The position numbers and the translations under genes were made by a program. A DNA stretch of 64,000 nucleotides, taken from NCBI GenBank assembly GCA_029778235.1, contig JAKOQS010000168.1, forward strand, positions 7,690-71,689. Direction: 5' to 3'. This stretch comes from Chloroflexota bacterium (GTDB lineage: Bacteria; Chloroflexota; Limnocylindria; Limnocylindrales; CSP1-4). The notes under the pieces are model-generated. The model made no database searches, had not been told where the DNA came from, and saw only the letters and a program-made list of their open reading frames with translations. Shown in pieces: positions 1 to 8,963 of this stretch. How positions within the stretch are numbered: position 1 is the first letter of the stretch; the number at the start of each line of letters is the position of its first letter.

Positions 1-125
1 CCTGACGTCGGCCGCCTCGCCCCGCTGTGTGGGATGGCGGCCCGTCGTCGGCCGCCTCGCGCCGCCCTCCTGCTGGTAGACTGGCCGGACAGCGACCCGC
101 GTGTGCCCGGGTCCCGGAGGGATGG

Positions 126-794
126 ATGACGATCGCGACCCCGCGCCTCGTCCGCGTGCCCGCTGCGGAGCGAGGGATCACGATCGGGGACTTCCTCGTC
201 CCGGTGCGGATGGGCGAGCGGATGTCCTCGCGGATGCGCCACGTCGGCCTCGTCGTGCTCGGCGCGCTCCTCATCGCGCTCACGGCGAACATCGCCGTGC
301 CGATCCCGGGCACGCCCGTCCCGGTGACGGGCCAGACGTTCGGCGTCCTCGTCGTCGGCAGCGCGCTCGGGTTCCGTCGCGGGATCATGGCCGCGGCCCT
401 CTACCTGCTCCTGGGGGTCGTCGGCCTGCCGGTCTACGCGGGGCAGGCGTCCGGTGCGGACACCTTCGGCTCGCTCGCCGGTGGGATCCACCTCGCGCCG
501 ACGGGCGGCTACCTCATCGGATTCGTGGTCGCGGCCGGACTCGTGGGTCGTCTCGCGGAGCTCGGCTGGGACCGGACCCCCGGCGGGGCGGTGGCGGCGA
601 TGACCCTGGGGACGCTCGCGATCTACGCGGTCGGCGTCCCGTGGCTCGCGATCTCGCTGGACGTCCCGCTCGGGGAGGCCGTCGGTCTCGGCCTCGTCCC
701 GTTCCTCCTTGGCGACGTGCTGAAGGTCGTCCTCTCCGCCGGCGCGCTCCGGGCGAGCTGGTGGCTCATCGACCGGCGGTCGGCCGACCGCTGA
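126..794 (+). CDS. bioY: Biotin transporter BioY (ECF S-component)
   Basis: Multi-TM protein with the BioY-typical core VPIPGTPVPVTGQTFGVLVVGSALGFRRG...YLLLGVVGLPVYAG. ATG at 126 chosen; alternatives at 27 and 210. Confidence 0.85.
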   Translation: MTIATPRLVRVPAAERGITIGDFLVPVRMGERMSSRMRHVGLVVLGALLIALTANIAVPIPGTPVPVTGQTFGVLVVGSALGFRRGIMAAALYLLLGVVGLPVYAGQASGADTFGSLAGGIHLAPTGGYLIGFVVAAGLVGRLAELGWDRTPGGAVAAMTLGTLAIYAVGVPWLAISLDVPLGEAVGLGLVPFLLGDVLKVVLSAGALRASWWLIDRRSADR

Positions 795-796
795 CG

Positions 797-2242
797 GTGC
801 CCGGCCCCGTCGAGCCGATCGGTGGCGGGCGCACCGCCGCCGCCCCTCCGCCCGACCCCGCGCGGTCCGCCGCCTTCCTCTCCGCCCTCGCGGCGCGCCT
901 GCCCGGCCTCGCGGTCCGCACGGATCCCGCGGATCTCGAGGCTCACCGACGCGACGAGACGGTCAACCTGGAGCCGCCGCTGCCGCTCGCCGTCGCCTCG
1001 CCGTCCTCCGCCGGCGAGGTCGCGGAGATCGTCCGGCTCGCCGCCGCGCACCGCGTCCCGATCGTCCCGCGCGGGGAGGGGAGCGGGCTCTCCGGCGGCG
1101 CGGCCGCGGTCGCCGGCGGGCTGACGCTGACGTTCAGGCGGATGGCGAGCGTCGTCTCGATCGACCCGGCGGACCTCGTCGCGACAGTCCAGCCCGGGCT
1201 CATCAACGCCACGTTCAAGGCGCTCGTCGCCGAGGAGGGTCTCTTCTATCCGCCGGACCCCGCGAGCCAGGACATCTGCTCGCTCGGCGGGAACGTGGGC
1301 ACGAACGCCGGCGGGCTCTGCTGCGTGAAGTACGGCGTCACGCGCGAGTCGGTCCTGTCTCTCGAGGTCGTTCTCGCCGACGGCAGCATCATCCGGACGG
1401 GCGGCGCGACCATGAAGGACGTGGCGGGCTACGACCTCACGCGGCTCTTCGTCGGGTCGCAGGGGACGCTGGGGGTCGTGACGGAGATCACGGTCCGCCT
1501 GCGCCCCGCCCCGCCGCCGAAGCTCACCATGCTCGCGTTCTTCGCGACGCTCCCCCATGCGGGTGACGCGGTCGCCCGGATCACCGCGTCCCGGGTGGTC
1601 CCCTGCACGCTGGAGATGATGGACGGCTTCACGATCCGTGCCGTCGAGGAGTACGGCCACTTCGGCTTCGACACCACCGCCGCGGCGATGCTCATGGTGG
1701 AGTCGGACGCGCCCGGCCGCGCCGCGGCCGAGGAGCTCGCCGTGGCGGAGCGCGCCTGCCGCGACGCGGGCTCCACCTTCACCGTCTCGTCGACCGATCC
1801 CGTGGAGGCGGATCTCCTCCGACAGGGGCGCCGATCCGCCTGGTGGGCGATCGAGCGCCTGGGGCTCGCCCGCATGGAGGACGTCGCGGTCCCGCGCTCC
1901 CGCATGGCCGACCTCGTCGCCGAGGTGGAGCAGGTCCTCGACGCCGAGGGGATGCCCGGCGGCACGTTCGGGCACGTCGGCGACGGGAACCTCCACCCGA
2001 GCTTCATCGTCGCCCGCGACGACCCCGACGGCACCGAGCGGATCGACCGCGCGCGGCAGCGGGTCTACGCCGCGGCGATCGCGCTCGGCGGGACCGTCAC
2101 CGGTGAGCACGGGATCGGCCTCGCGAAGCGGGACTGGCTCGAGCGGACGCGCGGAGAGGGTGCGGTGCGCGCCATGCGCGCCGTCAAGGGCGCGCTCGAC
2201 CCGCTCGGGATCATGAACCCCGGCAAGGTCCTGCCGGACTGA
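797..2242 (+). CDS. FAD-binding oxidase, GlcD / D-lactate dehydrogenase family
   Basis: FAD_binding_4-type motifs (VPRGEGSGLSGGA, GGNVGTNAGG) and C-terminal GTVTGEHGIGLAKR...DPLGIMNPGKV. GTG at 797 follows the bioY stop; the upstream part of ORF 101..2242 is a shadow of bioY. Confidence 0.9.
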   Translation: MPGPVEPIGGGRTAAAPPPDPARSAAFLSALAARLPGLAVRTDPADLEAHRRDETVNLEPPLPLAVASPSSAGEVAEIVRLAAAHRVPIVPRGEGSGLSGGAAAVAGGLTLTFRRMASVVSIDPADLVATVQPGLINATFKALVAEEGLFYPPDPASQDICSLGGNVGTNAGGLCCVKYGVTRESVLSLEVVLADGSIIRTGGATMKDVAGYDLTRLFVGSQGTLGVVTEITVRLRPAPPPKLTMLAFFATLPHAGDAVARITASRVVPCTLEMMDGFTIRAVEEYGHFGFDTTAAAMLMVESDAPGRAAAEELAVAERACRDAGSTFTVSSTDPVEADLLRQGRRSAWWAIERLGLARMEDVAVPRSRMADLVAEVEQVLDAEGMPGGTFGHVGDGNLHPSFIVARDDPDGTERIDRARQRVYAAAIALGGTVTGEHGIGLAKRDWLERTRGEGAVRAMRAVKGALDPLGIMNPGKVLPD

Positions 2243-2253
2243 CGGGGTTCGGC

Positions 2254-3261
2254 ATGCGCGCGCTCGTCGTCCAACGCCCCGCGCCGGCGGCCCCCGGCCC
2301 GGAGGGCCCGCTGCGCCTTCTCGACCTGCCGGATCCGGTCGCGGGCCCCGGCGAGATCGTCGTCCGCGTCGCCGCGTGCGGCGTGTGCCGGACGGACCTG
2401 CAGATCGCGGAAGGGGACATCCCGGCGCGGCGGCTGCCGATCGTGCCCGGCCACCAGCCGGTGGGCCGCGTGGAGGCCGTGGGGCCTGGTGTCGCGGGCT
2501 GGGCCGTCGGCGACCGGGCCGGGGCGGGGTGGTTCGGCGGCGCGTGCGGGACGTGCGCGCGGTGTCGCGCAGGCCGCGAGAACCTCTGCGACGCCGCCGT
2601 CTTCACCGGATGGGACCGCGACGGCGGCTTCGCGGAGCGGATCGCCGTCCGCGCGGACGCGGCCCTCCGGATCCCCGACGGCTTCGCGGACATCGACGCG
2701 GCGCCGCTGCTCTGCGGCGGCGTCATCGGCTACCGCGCGCTGCGGCTGTCGGGGATCGCGCCGGGCGGCCGGCTCGGGCTGTACGGGTTCGGCGCGTCGG
2801 CGCTGATCGCGATCCAGGTCGCCCGCCACTGGGGCTGCGAGGTCCACGTGGCCACGCGGTCGGCACGGGAGCAGGAGCGCGCCCTCGCGCTCGGGGCCGC
2901 GTCGGTGGGCGGCTACGACGACCCGCCGCCCGCTCCGCTCGACGCGGCAGTGACGTTCGCGCCGGCAGGCTCCGTCGTGGTGGCGGCGCTCCGGGCGCTC
3001 GACCGGGGCGCGACGGTGGCGATCAACGCGATCCATCTCGACGGGATCCCCGCCTTCGACTACGACCTGCTGTGGTGGGAGCGGTCGATCCGCTCGGTCG
3101 CGAACTTCACGCGGCGGGATGCGGAGGAGCTCGTCGCGCTCGCGGCCGCCATCCCGATCCGCACGGCCGTGGACCGGTTCCCGCTCGCGGCCGGGAACGT
3201 CGCGCTGGCGCGCCTGGCAGCGGGAGAGGTCGAGGGGGCGGCCGTCCTGGAGATCCCGTGA
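2254..3261 (+). CDS. Zinc-dependent alcohol dehydrogenase family protein
   Basis: ACGVCRTDLQIAEGD, PGHQPVGRV, structural-zinc cysteines CGTCARCRAGRENLC, and a Rossmann segment LYGFGASA. Confidence 0.9.
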   Translation: MRALVVQRPAPAAPGPEGPLRLLDLPDPVAGPGEIVVRVAACGVCRTDLQIAEGDIPARRLPIVPGHQPVGRVEAVGPGVAGWAVGDRAGAGWFGGACGTCARCRAGRENLCDAAVFTGWDRDGGFAERIAVRADAALRIPDGFADIDAAPLLCGGVIGYRALRLSGIAPGGRLGLYGFGASALIAIQVARHWGCEVHVATRSAREQERALALGAASVGGYDDPPPAPLDAAVTFAPAGSVVVAALRALDRGATVAINAIHLDGIPAFDYDLLWWERSIRSVANFTRRDAEELVALAAAIPIRTAVDRFPLAAGNVALARLAAGEVEGAAVLEIP

Positions 3262-3406
3262 GCCGCCAGCAGCCGCGATCTCGGGCGGTCCGGCGCGCCC
3301 GGGCGGGCCTGCCGGCGGTGCGCGCGTCCGTTCGGCGCCCGACGGCGCCCCGGGACGGCTCCCGATGGGGGCCGCTGGCCACGCCCGCAGGCCGCGGGGC
3401 CGCCCG

Positions 3407-4231
3407 GTGACGGCCGTCGTCCTGGGCCTCGCCGCGGCGCTCGCCAACGCCGCCGGGATGCTCATGAGCAAGGACTTCACACGACGCTTCCCGGCACGCC
3501 AGATGATCGGCCCGCTCTACCTCCTCAACTGCGCGCTCGTCCTCCCCTTCGCCCCGTTCGCCGAGTGGACCTGGAGCCCCGCGATCGTCGCGCTCCACCT
3601 CTGTGCCGTCGGGGCGATGCTCGTGAACGCGCTGGCGAGCTGGGACCTCCTCGCCCATGGCCCCGCCTCGTCCCAGCTGACCGCGGTGGCGCTCGCGCCC
3701 CTCCCCGCCGTCGTCCTCACCGGCCTCCTCCTGCCGGGGACGCTCCACCCGGTCCAGGTCGTCGCCGCGGTGGTCGTCGTGATCGGCGTCGTCCTCGCAC
3801 TCCGGGACGCCTTCGGCTCGCTCGGCCGGCGCGGCGCCGTCCTCCGGATCGTCGCCGTGGCGACGATGACGGCCGCGCTGACGATGACCGCGAAGCTCCT
3901 CGCCGACGAGGGCGTCGGCGTGGTGGAGACGTACGTCGTCCGGACCGCGATCGCGGGCGTGATCTTCACCCTCGCGATCCGGCCGCGCGACGTGGACTTC
4001 CGCGAGGCGCCGCGGATGGTCGTGCGCGCGGCCGCGATCACCGCGTACTTCGTCCTCGTCATCGTGGCGGTGGGGCAGGGGAGCCCGGCCGTCGTCCAGA
4101 CGATGGTCGCCACGACCCCGCTCTGGGCCCTCGTCTACGAGTGGGGCCGCGAGGGCACGCGGCCGCGGAGCGCGACGCTCGGGGCGGCCGTGCTCGTCCT
4201 CGCAGGGGTCGCGATCACGCTGCTCGCCTGA
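3407..4231 (+). CDS. EamA/DMT family transporter
   Basis: About 10 hydrophobic segments and two EamA-like halves. GTG 3407 or ATG 3365 are possible starts; the upstream ORF portion is Arg-rich shadow. Confidence 0.7.
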   Translation: MTAVVLGLAAALANAAGMLMSKDFTRRFPARQMIGPLYLLNCALVLPFAPFAEWTWSPAIVALHLCAVGAMLVNALASWDLLAHGPASSQLTAVALAPLPAVVLTGLLLPGTLHPVQVVAAVVVVIGVVLALRDAFGSLGRRGAVLRIVAVATMTAALTMTAKLLADEGVGVVETYVVRTAIAGVIFTLAIRPRDVDFREAPRMVVRAAAITAYFVLVIVAVGQGSPAVVQTMVATTPLWALVYEWGREGTRPRSATLGAAVLVLAGVAITLLA

Positions 4232-4272
4232 AGGCCCCGCGGCGGGGTGGCCGACCGTGTCTCCCGCGCCCT

Positions 4273-4677
4273 CTACCCCGCCCGCCCCCACGCCTCGCGC
4301 AGCCAGGCCTCGACCTCGTCGTCCAGCTCGCCGGCGTCCCGGATCTCCAGGTGATGGACCCAGTGGCGCGGGGACGGGTGCACCACCTCCTTGAACCGCG
4401 GCGAACCGTCCTGCCGCCCGAGGGCGATCGTGAGCACGACCTCGGCCGTCGGCCGCGCCAGGTACCGGCCCGGGTCCCACAGCCACGCGAATCCGCGCGT
4501 GCGCCGGAACGCGACCTGGCTCCTCGTCGCCCGGACGACGTACGGGCCGGTCGCGTCGAGGATCGTCCGGACGCGCGCGAGCGTCGCGAGCGCGACCGGC
4601 CGCCCGACGAAGTGCGCCTCCGCCGGATCCGGGAGGCCGCCCGCGCCGGTCGACTCCGGGATGCCGCCCGTCTCCGT
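4273..4677 (-). CDS. DUF5655-like conserved hypothetical protein; no canonical start codon found, possibly a pseudogene
   Basis: Manual minus-strand translation gives ...AEAHFVGRPVALATLARVRTILDATGPYVVRATRSQVAFRRTRGFAWLWDPGRYLARPTAEVVLTIALGRQDGSPRFKEVVHPSPRHWVHHLEIRDAGELDDEVEAWLREAWGRAG*. It is protein-like with high GC3. It is absent from the ORF track because there is no ATG/GTG/TTG near its 5' end. Confidence 0.4.
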   Translation of the reverse strand, partial: TETGGIPESTGAGGLPDPAEAHFVGRPVALATLARVRTILDATGPYVVRATRSQVAFRRTRGFAWLWDPGRYLARPTAEVVLTIALGRQDGSPRFKEVVHPSPRHWVHHLEIRDAGELDDEVEAWLREAWGRAG

Positions 4678-4678
4678 C

Positions 4679-5995
4679 CTATCGATCGCGCAGGATCCGG
4701 ACGTCGAGGAAGTGCGTCGCGCAGCTGATACATGGGTCGTAGCTCCGGATCAGCTGCTCCAGGCGCAAGGTGGCCGCGTCGTCCGGCAGGTCGAGCACCG
4801 AGGGCGCGAAAGCCCGCAGGTCGTCCTCGATCGCGCCCTGGTTCTGGCTGGTCGGCGGGACGATCTGGGCCTTCGCCACGCGTCCGCGCTCGTCCACCTC
4901 GTAGCGATGGAAGAGGAGGCCGCGCGGCGCCTCCGTCGCCCACGCCGCCACGCCGGGTCGGGCGGTCCAGGCCGTCCGCGACTCGATCGGCGGCCGGTAT
5001 CCGTCGATCAGGTCGATCGCCTCGGCGATCGCGTGGAGCAGCTCGATCGCCCGGGCCAGGATGCTCCAGTAGATGTTCGTCCTGATCGCGTCCGCCATCC
5101 CTGTCGCCGCGAGCGCCTCGCGCGCGAGTGGGTGCAGCCGGTCGGCGTCGAGCGCGATGCGCGACGCGGGTCCGAGCAGGTACGTCCCGCCGTCCTTCGT
5201 TCGTGCGTGCAGCGCCATGGACCCTTCCACCTGGACCTCTCGGAAGGCGCGATCCCAGTCGGAGGGGCGGAGGTCCAGCCCGTCGGAGCTGACGATGTGG
5301 CCGTTGTTGTACGGGTACTCGTCCGGGTGGTGGAGCGCCACCATGCGGGGCTCCCGCTCGAACGTCGGGGCGGACAGGCCGGCGACCAGCCGGACGGTCT
5401 CCTTCGCGTCGTCGAGCGCCCTGGCCAGCGGGGCGCGCAGCGGCTCGAGCTCGGCGCGACGCGGCACCCGGCTGAAGCCCCCGACGCGGACGCTGACCGG
5501 GTGGATCGGCCGGCCCCCGAGGACCGCAAGGATCTCGTTGCCCGCCTTCTTCATCCGGAGGCCGCGCTCCACTGCGGGCCGGTCGTCCTGCGCGAGCGCG
5601 ATGGCCGAGTCGTAGCCGAGGAAGTCCGGCAGGTGGAGCAGGTAGATGTGCAGGGCGTGGCTCTCGATCCACTCCCCGCAGTAGAGCAGCCGACGCAGGG
5701 CGCGGACCTCTGGGTCCACCTTGACGCCGAAGCAGTCCTCGAAGGCGTGCACCGCGCTCATCTGGTACGCGACCGGGCAGATGCCGCAGATGCGAGCGAC
5801 GATGTCGATGACCTCGTCGGGGGTGCGCTCCACGACGATCTGCTCGAAGTAGCGCGGCGCCTCGAAGATCTTCAGGCGGGCCTCGACGACCTTGCCCTTG
5901 CGGACCTGGAGGACGAGCGAGCCCTCGCCCTCCACGCGGGTGAGCTCGTCGACCTCGTATGTCTTCTCGCGGGAAGGGGACTCAGCGGTCGTCAT
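4679..5995 (-). CDS. [NiFe]-hydrogenase large (alpha) subunit, group 3b-like (HyhL/HydA type)
   Basis: N-terminal Ni-binding motif RICGICPVAY and C-terminal DPCISCATH followed by a 10-residue tail, as expected for protease processing. ATG at 5995 overlaps the small-subunit stop by 14 nt. Confidence 0.93.
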   Translation of the reverse strand: MTTAESPSREKTYEVDELTRVEGEGSLVLQVRKGKVVEARLKIFEAPRYFEQIVVERTPDEVIDIVARICGICPVAYQMSAVHAFEDCFGVKVDPEVRALRRLLYCGEWIESHALHIYLLHLPDFLGYDSAIALAQDDRPAVERGLRMKKAGNEILAVLGGRPIHPVSVRVGGFSRVPRRAELEPLRAPLARALDDAKETVRLVAGLSAPTFEREPRMVALHHPDEYPYNNGHIVSSDGLDLRPSDWDRAFREVQVEGSMALHARTKDGGTYLLGPASRIALDADRLHPLAREALAATGMADAIRTNIYWSILARAIELLHAIAEAIDLIDGYRPPIESRTAWTARPGVAAWATEAPRGLLFHRYEVDERGRVAKAQIVPPTSQNQGAIEDDLRAFAPSVLDLPDDAATLRLEQLIRSYDPCISCATHFLDVRILRDR

Positions 5996-6944
5996 CGTCG
6001 TTCCCCTCCATCCACCGGCCCCGCGGCATGAGGCCGGTGCGGCCCGCCCCGGCGCCGCCGGCGGCCATGAACCCGCCGCCGCCCGTCCGTCTCGCGCCTC
6101 GGGTGCCGCCCAGGTCCGTGATCGCACTGCGGAACGGCTCCGCGTACGCGGTGAAGCCGGCGAACAGCTGGCCCACCTCCTCCGCCGATCGCTCGCCGGA
6201 CGCCTGGAACCATCGGGCGAGCCCCGCCGCGTTCGCCTGCTCGCGCGGGCCGAAGCAGCCGTAGCAGCCGCGTCCCATCCGCGGGCAGATCGCGCCGCAG
6301 CCGGTCTGCGTGACCTGGCCGAGGCAGGCGATCCCCTGAGCGGTCATCACGCAGACGACCCCGCGCCGCTTGCACTCCATGCAGACCGCCTCATCACGCA
6401 GCTGCGGGCGCCGCCCGGTCACGAGCGCCGTCAGCAGCTCGACCAGCTGGTCGGGGCTGATGGGGCAGCCTCGGAGCTCGAAGTCCACCGGGACGTGCTC
6501 CGCGATCGGGGTGGAGCGGGCGAGCGACTCGACGTACTCCGGCGTCGGATAGACGGCTGCCCGGTACGCGTCGTGGTCGGCCCAGTTGCGCAGGGCCTGG
6601 ATGCCGCCCGAGGTCGCGCATGCGCCGATGGTCACGAGGACGCGGGCCTGGCGCCGCAGCTCCTCCACGCGCCGGAGATGGTCGGGCGTGCTGACCGAGC
6701 CCTCGACGAACAGGACGTCGTACGGGCCGCCGGAGCGTGCCGAGCTGGCCTCGGGGAAGTCCACGATCTCGAAGTGGTCGGAGAGGTCGAGCAGGTGGTC
6801 CTCGAGGTCCAGGATCGTCAGCTGGCAGCCGTCGCAGCTCGCGAGCTTCACCACGCCGACGCGCGGTCGAGGAGCCCCGCCCCTCGCGGTCCGGCCATGC
6901 TCGCCCTGGCGGCCGCGATCGGCCGGATGCGCCGTGGCAGCCAT
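5982..6944 (-). CDS. [NiFe]-hydrogenase small (delta) subunit, group 3b-like (HyhS/HydD type)
   Basis: VKLASCDGCQLTILD, GACATSGGIQ, and distal cluster cysteines CMECKRRGVVC...CLGQVTQTGCGAICP...GCYGC. Its ATG shares ATGA with the upstream gene stop at 6944. Confidence 0.9.
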   Translation of the reverse strand: MAATAHPADRGRQGEHGRTARGGAPRPRVGVVKLASCDGCQLTILDLEDHLLDLSDHFEIVDFPEASSARSGGPYDVLFVEGSVSTPDHLRRVEELRRQARVLVTIGACATSGGIQALRNWADHDAYRAAVYPTPEYVESLARSTPIAEHVPVDFELRGCPISPDQLVELLTALVTGRRPQLRDEAVCMECKRRGVVCVMTAQGIACLGQVTQTGCGAICPRMGRGCYGCFGPREQANAAGLARWFQASGERSAEEVGQLFAGFTAYAEPFRSAITDLGGTRGARRTGGGGFMAAGGAGAGRTGLMPRGRWMEGNDDDDR

Positions 6945-8941
6945 CAGATGCCCTCCCGGCCGAACGTGTCGCCGAGCTGCTCGAGCGAGAAGACGGGGCC
7001 ATCCCGACAGACGAAGAAGCGTCCCATCTGGCAGTGGCCGCAGAGGCCGATGCCGCACTCCATGTGCCGCTCGAGCGTGACGTAGATCCGGGAGGTGGTG
7101 ACGCCGCGGCCGGCGAGCGTGTTCGCCGTGGCCTGCATCATCCGCTCCGGCCCGCACACGAAGGCGATCGCGTTCGCGCCCTCCCACTGGGCCTGGTCGA
7201 ACAGCTGGGTGACGACGCCGACGCGTCCCTCCCACTCGGGACCGGCGCGGTCCACCGTGAGGTGGACCTCGATGCCGCCCCGCGATGCCCAGCGCTCCAT
7301 CTCCTCGCGGTAGAGGATGTCCGCCGGCGTGCGCGCGCCGTAGTAGAGGCGGACGTCGCCGAAGCGACGGCGGTCGGCCGCGAGGGCGTGGATGACCGGC
7401 CGCAGCGGCGCGAGGCCGATCCCGCCGGTGACGATGACGAGGTCGCGGCCGACGGCGCGGTCGATCGGCCAGTTGTTGCCGAGCGGCCCGCGGAGGCCAA
7501 GCTGGTCGCCGACCTTCAGGGCGCACATGGCCTTGGTCGCAGGTCCGGCGCCGCGGATCGTCAGCTCGATCCCGTCCACCGTGAACCGGCTGATCGAGAT
7601 CGGCAGCGGCGGGAAGCCCGGGATGGCGACCATCGCGAACTGGCCCAGGCTCCCCTTGCTGAAGGCGGGGTCCGCCCCCGACAAGGTGAGCGTCACCGTG
7701 TCCGCCGTCTCGTGACGGGTGGCCACCACCTGGGCGACCACGAAGTCGTCGAAGCTCGCGGCGACCGGCTCCACCCGCTGAGGCTCGGGCGACAGCGCGA
7801 TCGGTGGAGCGATCGCAACGAGCTCCTCCCGAACGTCGATCCCGACCGGGCACCAGGTGACGCACCGGCCGCAGCCGACGCACCCCGAGGTGCCGAACTG
7901 GTCCCACCAGGTGCCGAACTTGTGCGTCAGCCACTGCCGGTACCGGTCGCGCGGACGGCTCCGGAAGGAGCCGCCCGCCACGCGGGCGAACCCAGGGCTG
8001 AAGCAGCTGTCCCAGGAGCGCTCGTTCGTCGCCGCCTGGCCCTCCATATCCGTCTTCTGGATGACGCTCGTGCAGAAGCACGTGGGACAGGCGAGGGTGC
8101 AGTTGCCGCACGTGATGCACCGCTCGGCGATCTGCGCCCAGCGCGGGTTGTCCAGCTGCGCGAGGAGCCGGTCATGCAGTCCCGCCGTCGGCAGCGGGTC
8201 GCCGATCCGGGCCCGGGTCGCGGCGACGTCCGCCGCAGCCGTGTAGACCTCGACCGGCGTCGCGGGGCGCAGCGCCTTCCCCAGCGGCCCGTCCACGAGC
8301 TCCTGGCCGGCGGGCGAGCCCACGTCGAGGAGGAACCCCTCGTCGAGCTCCGTGAGCGAGATGTCGTAGCCGCGGTCCACCTCGGGGCCGGTCCCCATCG
8401 ACGTGCAGAAGCAGGTCGGCTCCGCGGTGGTGCACTGGACCGCCACGATGAACGCAGAGCTGCGGCGGGCCGCGTAGTCGGCGTCGCGGAAGGGCCCCGC
8501 GTCGAGCACGCGGTCCTGCACGTCGAACGCTGCGATCTCGCAGGCGCGCACGCCGACGAACGCCAGCCGCTGCGCCTGCGGGCGGACGGGTGCGAACTCC
8601 ACGCGGTGGCCGGCGCGGCGGCCGGTGTTCAGCTCGATGGTGGGCGGGAAGACCCACCGCTTCCAGCTGGTGGGTCCCACGACGTAGCCGAACGCCCTTG
8701 CGTCGTCGCGCCTGGTGAGGCGGTACCGGCCCGCAGCCTGGACGTCGCCCACGCCGTGCGGCAGCTCCCCGGCTCCGCGGATCTCGTCGTAGACGATGGC
8801 GCCGTCCGCCACCGTGGGCCCGATGACCGTCCGGCCGTCGGCGCGCAGCGCGGCGACGAGGTCCTCGAGGCCGGAGCGCTCGAGGTACCAGCGTCCGGCC
8901 GTCGTCGTCCGCTCGGGTCGCGTGATCTCGGTCGTCATCAT
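6944..8941 (-). CDS. Fused hydrogenase beta-gamma subunit (4Fe-4S HydB/AsrA-like N-half plus FAD/NAD(P)- and 2Fe-2S-binding HydG/AsrB-like C-half)
   Basis: N-half: CFCTSMGTGP, CITCGNCTLACPTCFCTS, CVGCGRCVTWCPVGID. C-half: ferredoxin-reductase fold (ISISR, GGIGLAPLRPV) and terminal CGIGLCGHCQMG. Confidence 0.88.
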   Translation of the reverse strand: MMTTEITRPERTTTAGRWYLERSGLEDLVAALRADGRTVIGPTVADGAIVYDEIRGAGELPHGVGDVQAAGRYRLTRRDDARAFGYVVGPTSWKRWVFPPTIELNTGRRAGHRVEFAPVRPQAQRLAFVGVRACEIAAFDVQDRVLDAGPFRDADYAARRSSAFIVAVQCTTAEPTCFCTSMGTGPEVDRGYDISLTELDEGFLLDVGSPAGQELVDGPLGKALRPATPVEVYTAAADVAATRARIGDPLPTAGLHDRLLAQLDNPRWAQIAERCITCGNCTLACPTCFCTSVIQKTDMEGQAATNERSWDSCFSPGFARVAGGSFRSRPRDRYRQWLTHKFGTWWDQFGTSGCVGCGRCVTWCPVGIDVREELVAIAPPIALSPEPQRVEPVAASFDDFVVAQVVATRHETADTVTLTLSGADPAFSKGSLGQFAMVAIPGFPPLPISISRFTVDGIELTIRGAGPATKAMCALKVGDQLGLRGPLGNNWPIDRAVGRDLVIVTGGIGLAPLRPVIHALAADRRRFGDVRLYYGARTPADILYREEMERWASRGGIEVHLTVDRAGPEWEGRVGVVTQLFDQAQWEGANAIAFVCGPERMMQATANTLAGRGVTTSRIYVTLERHMECGIGLCGHCQMGRFFVCRDGPVFSLEQLGDTFGREGI

Positions 8942-8963
8942 GGACGCGGCCTCCGAACGCGTG

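Noticed and set aside
101-796. N-terminal 232 codons of ORF 101..2242, which would extend the FAD oxidase.
   Set aside because: - It overlaps bioY in another frame and is Arg/Pro-rich.
- A GTG at 797, just after the bioY stop, gives a normal-length oxidase.
6945-8120. Upstream extension of the hydrogenase small-subunit ORF (5982..8120).
   Set aside because: - The extension is Arg-rich shadow of the beta-gamma gene.
- The ATG at 6944 shares ATGA with the upstream stop and gives a canonical small-subunit N-terminus.
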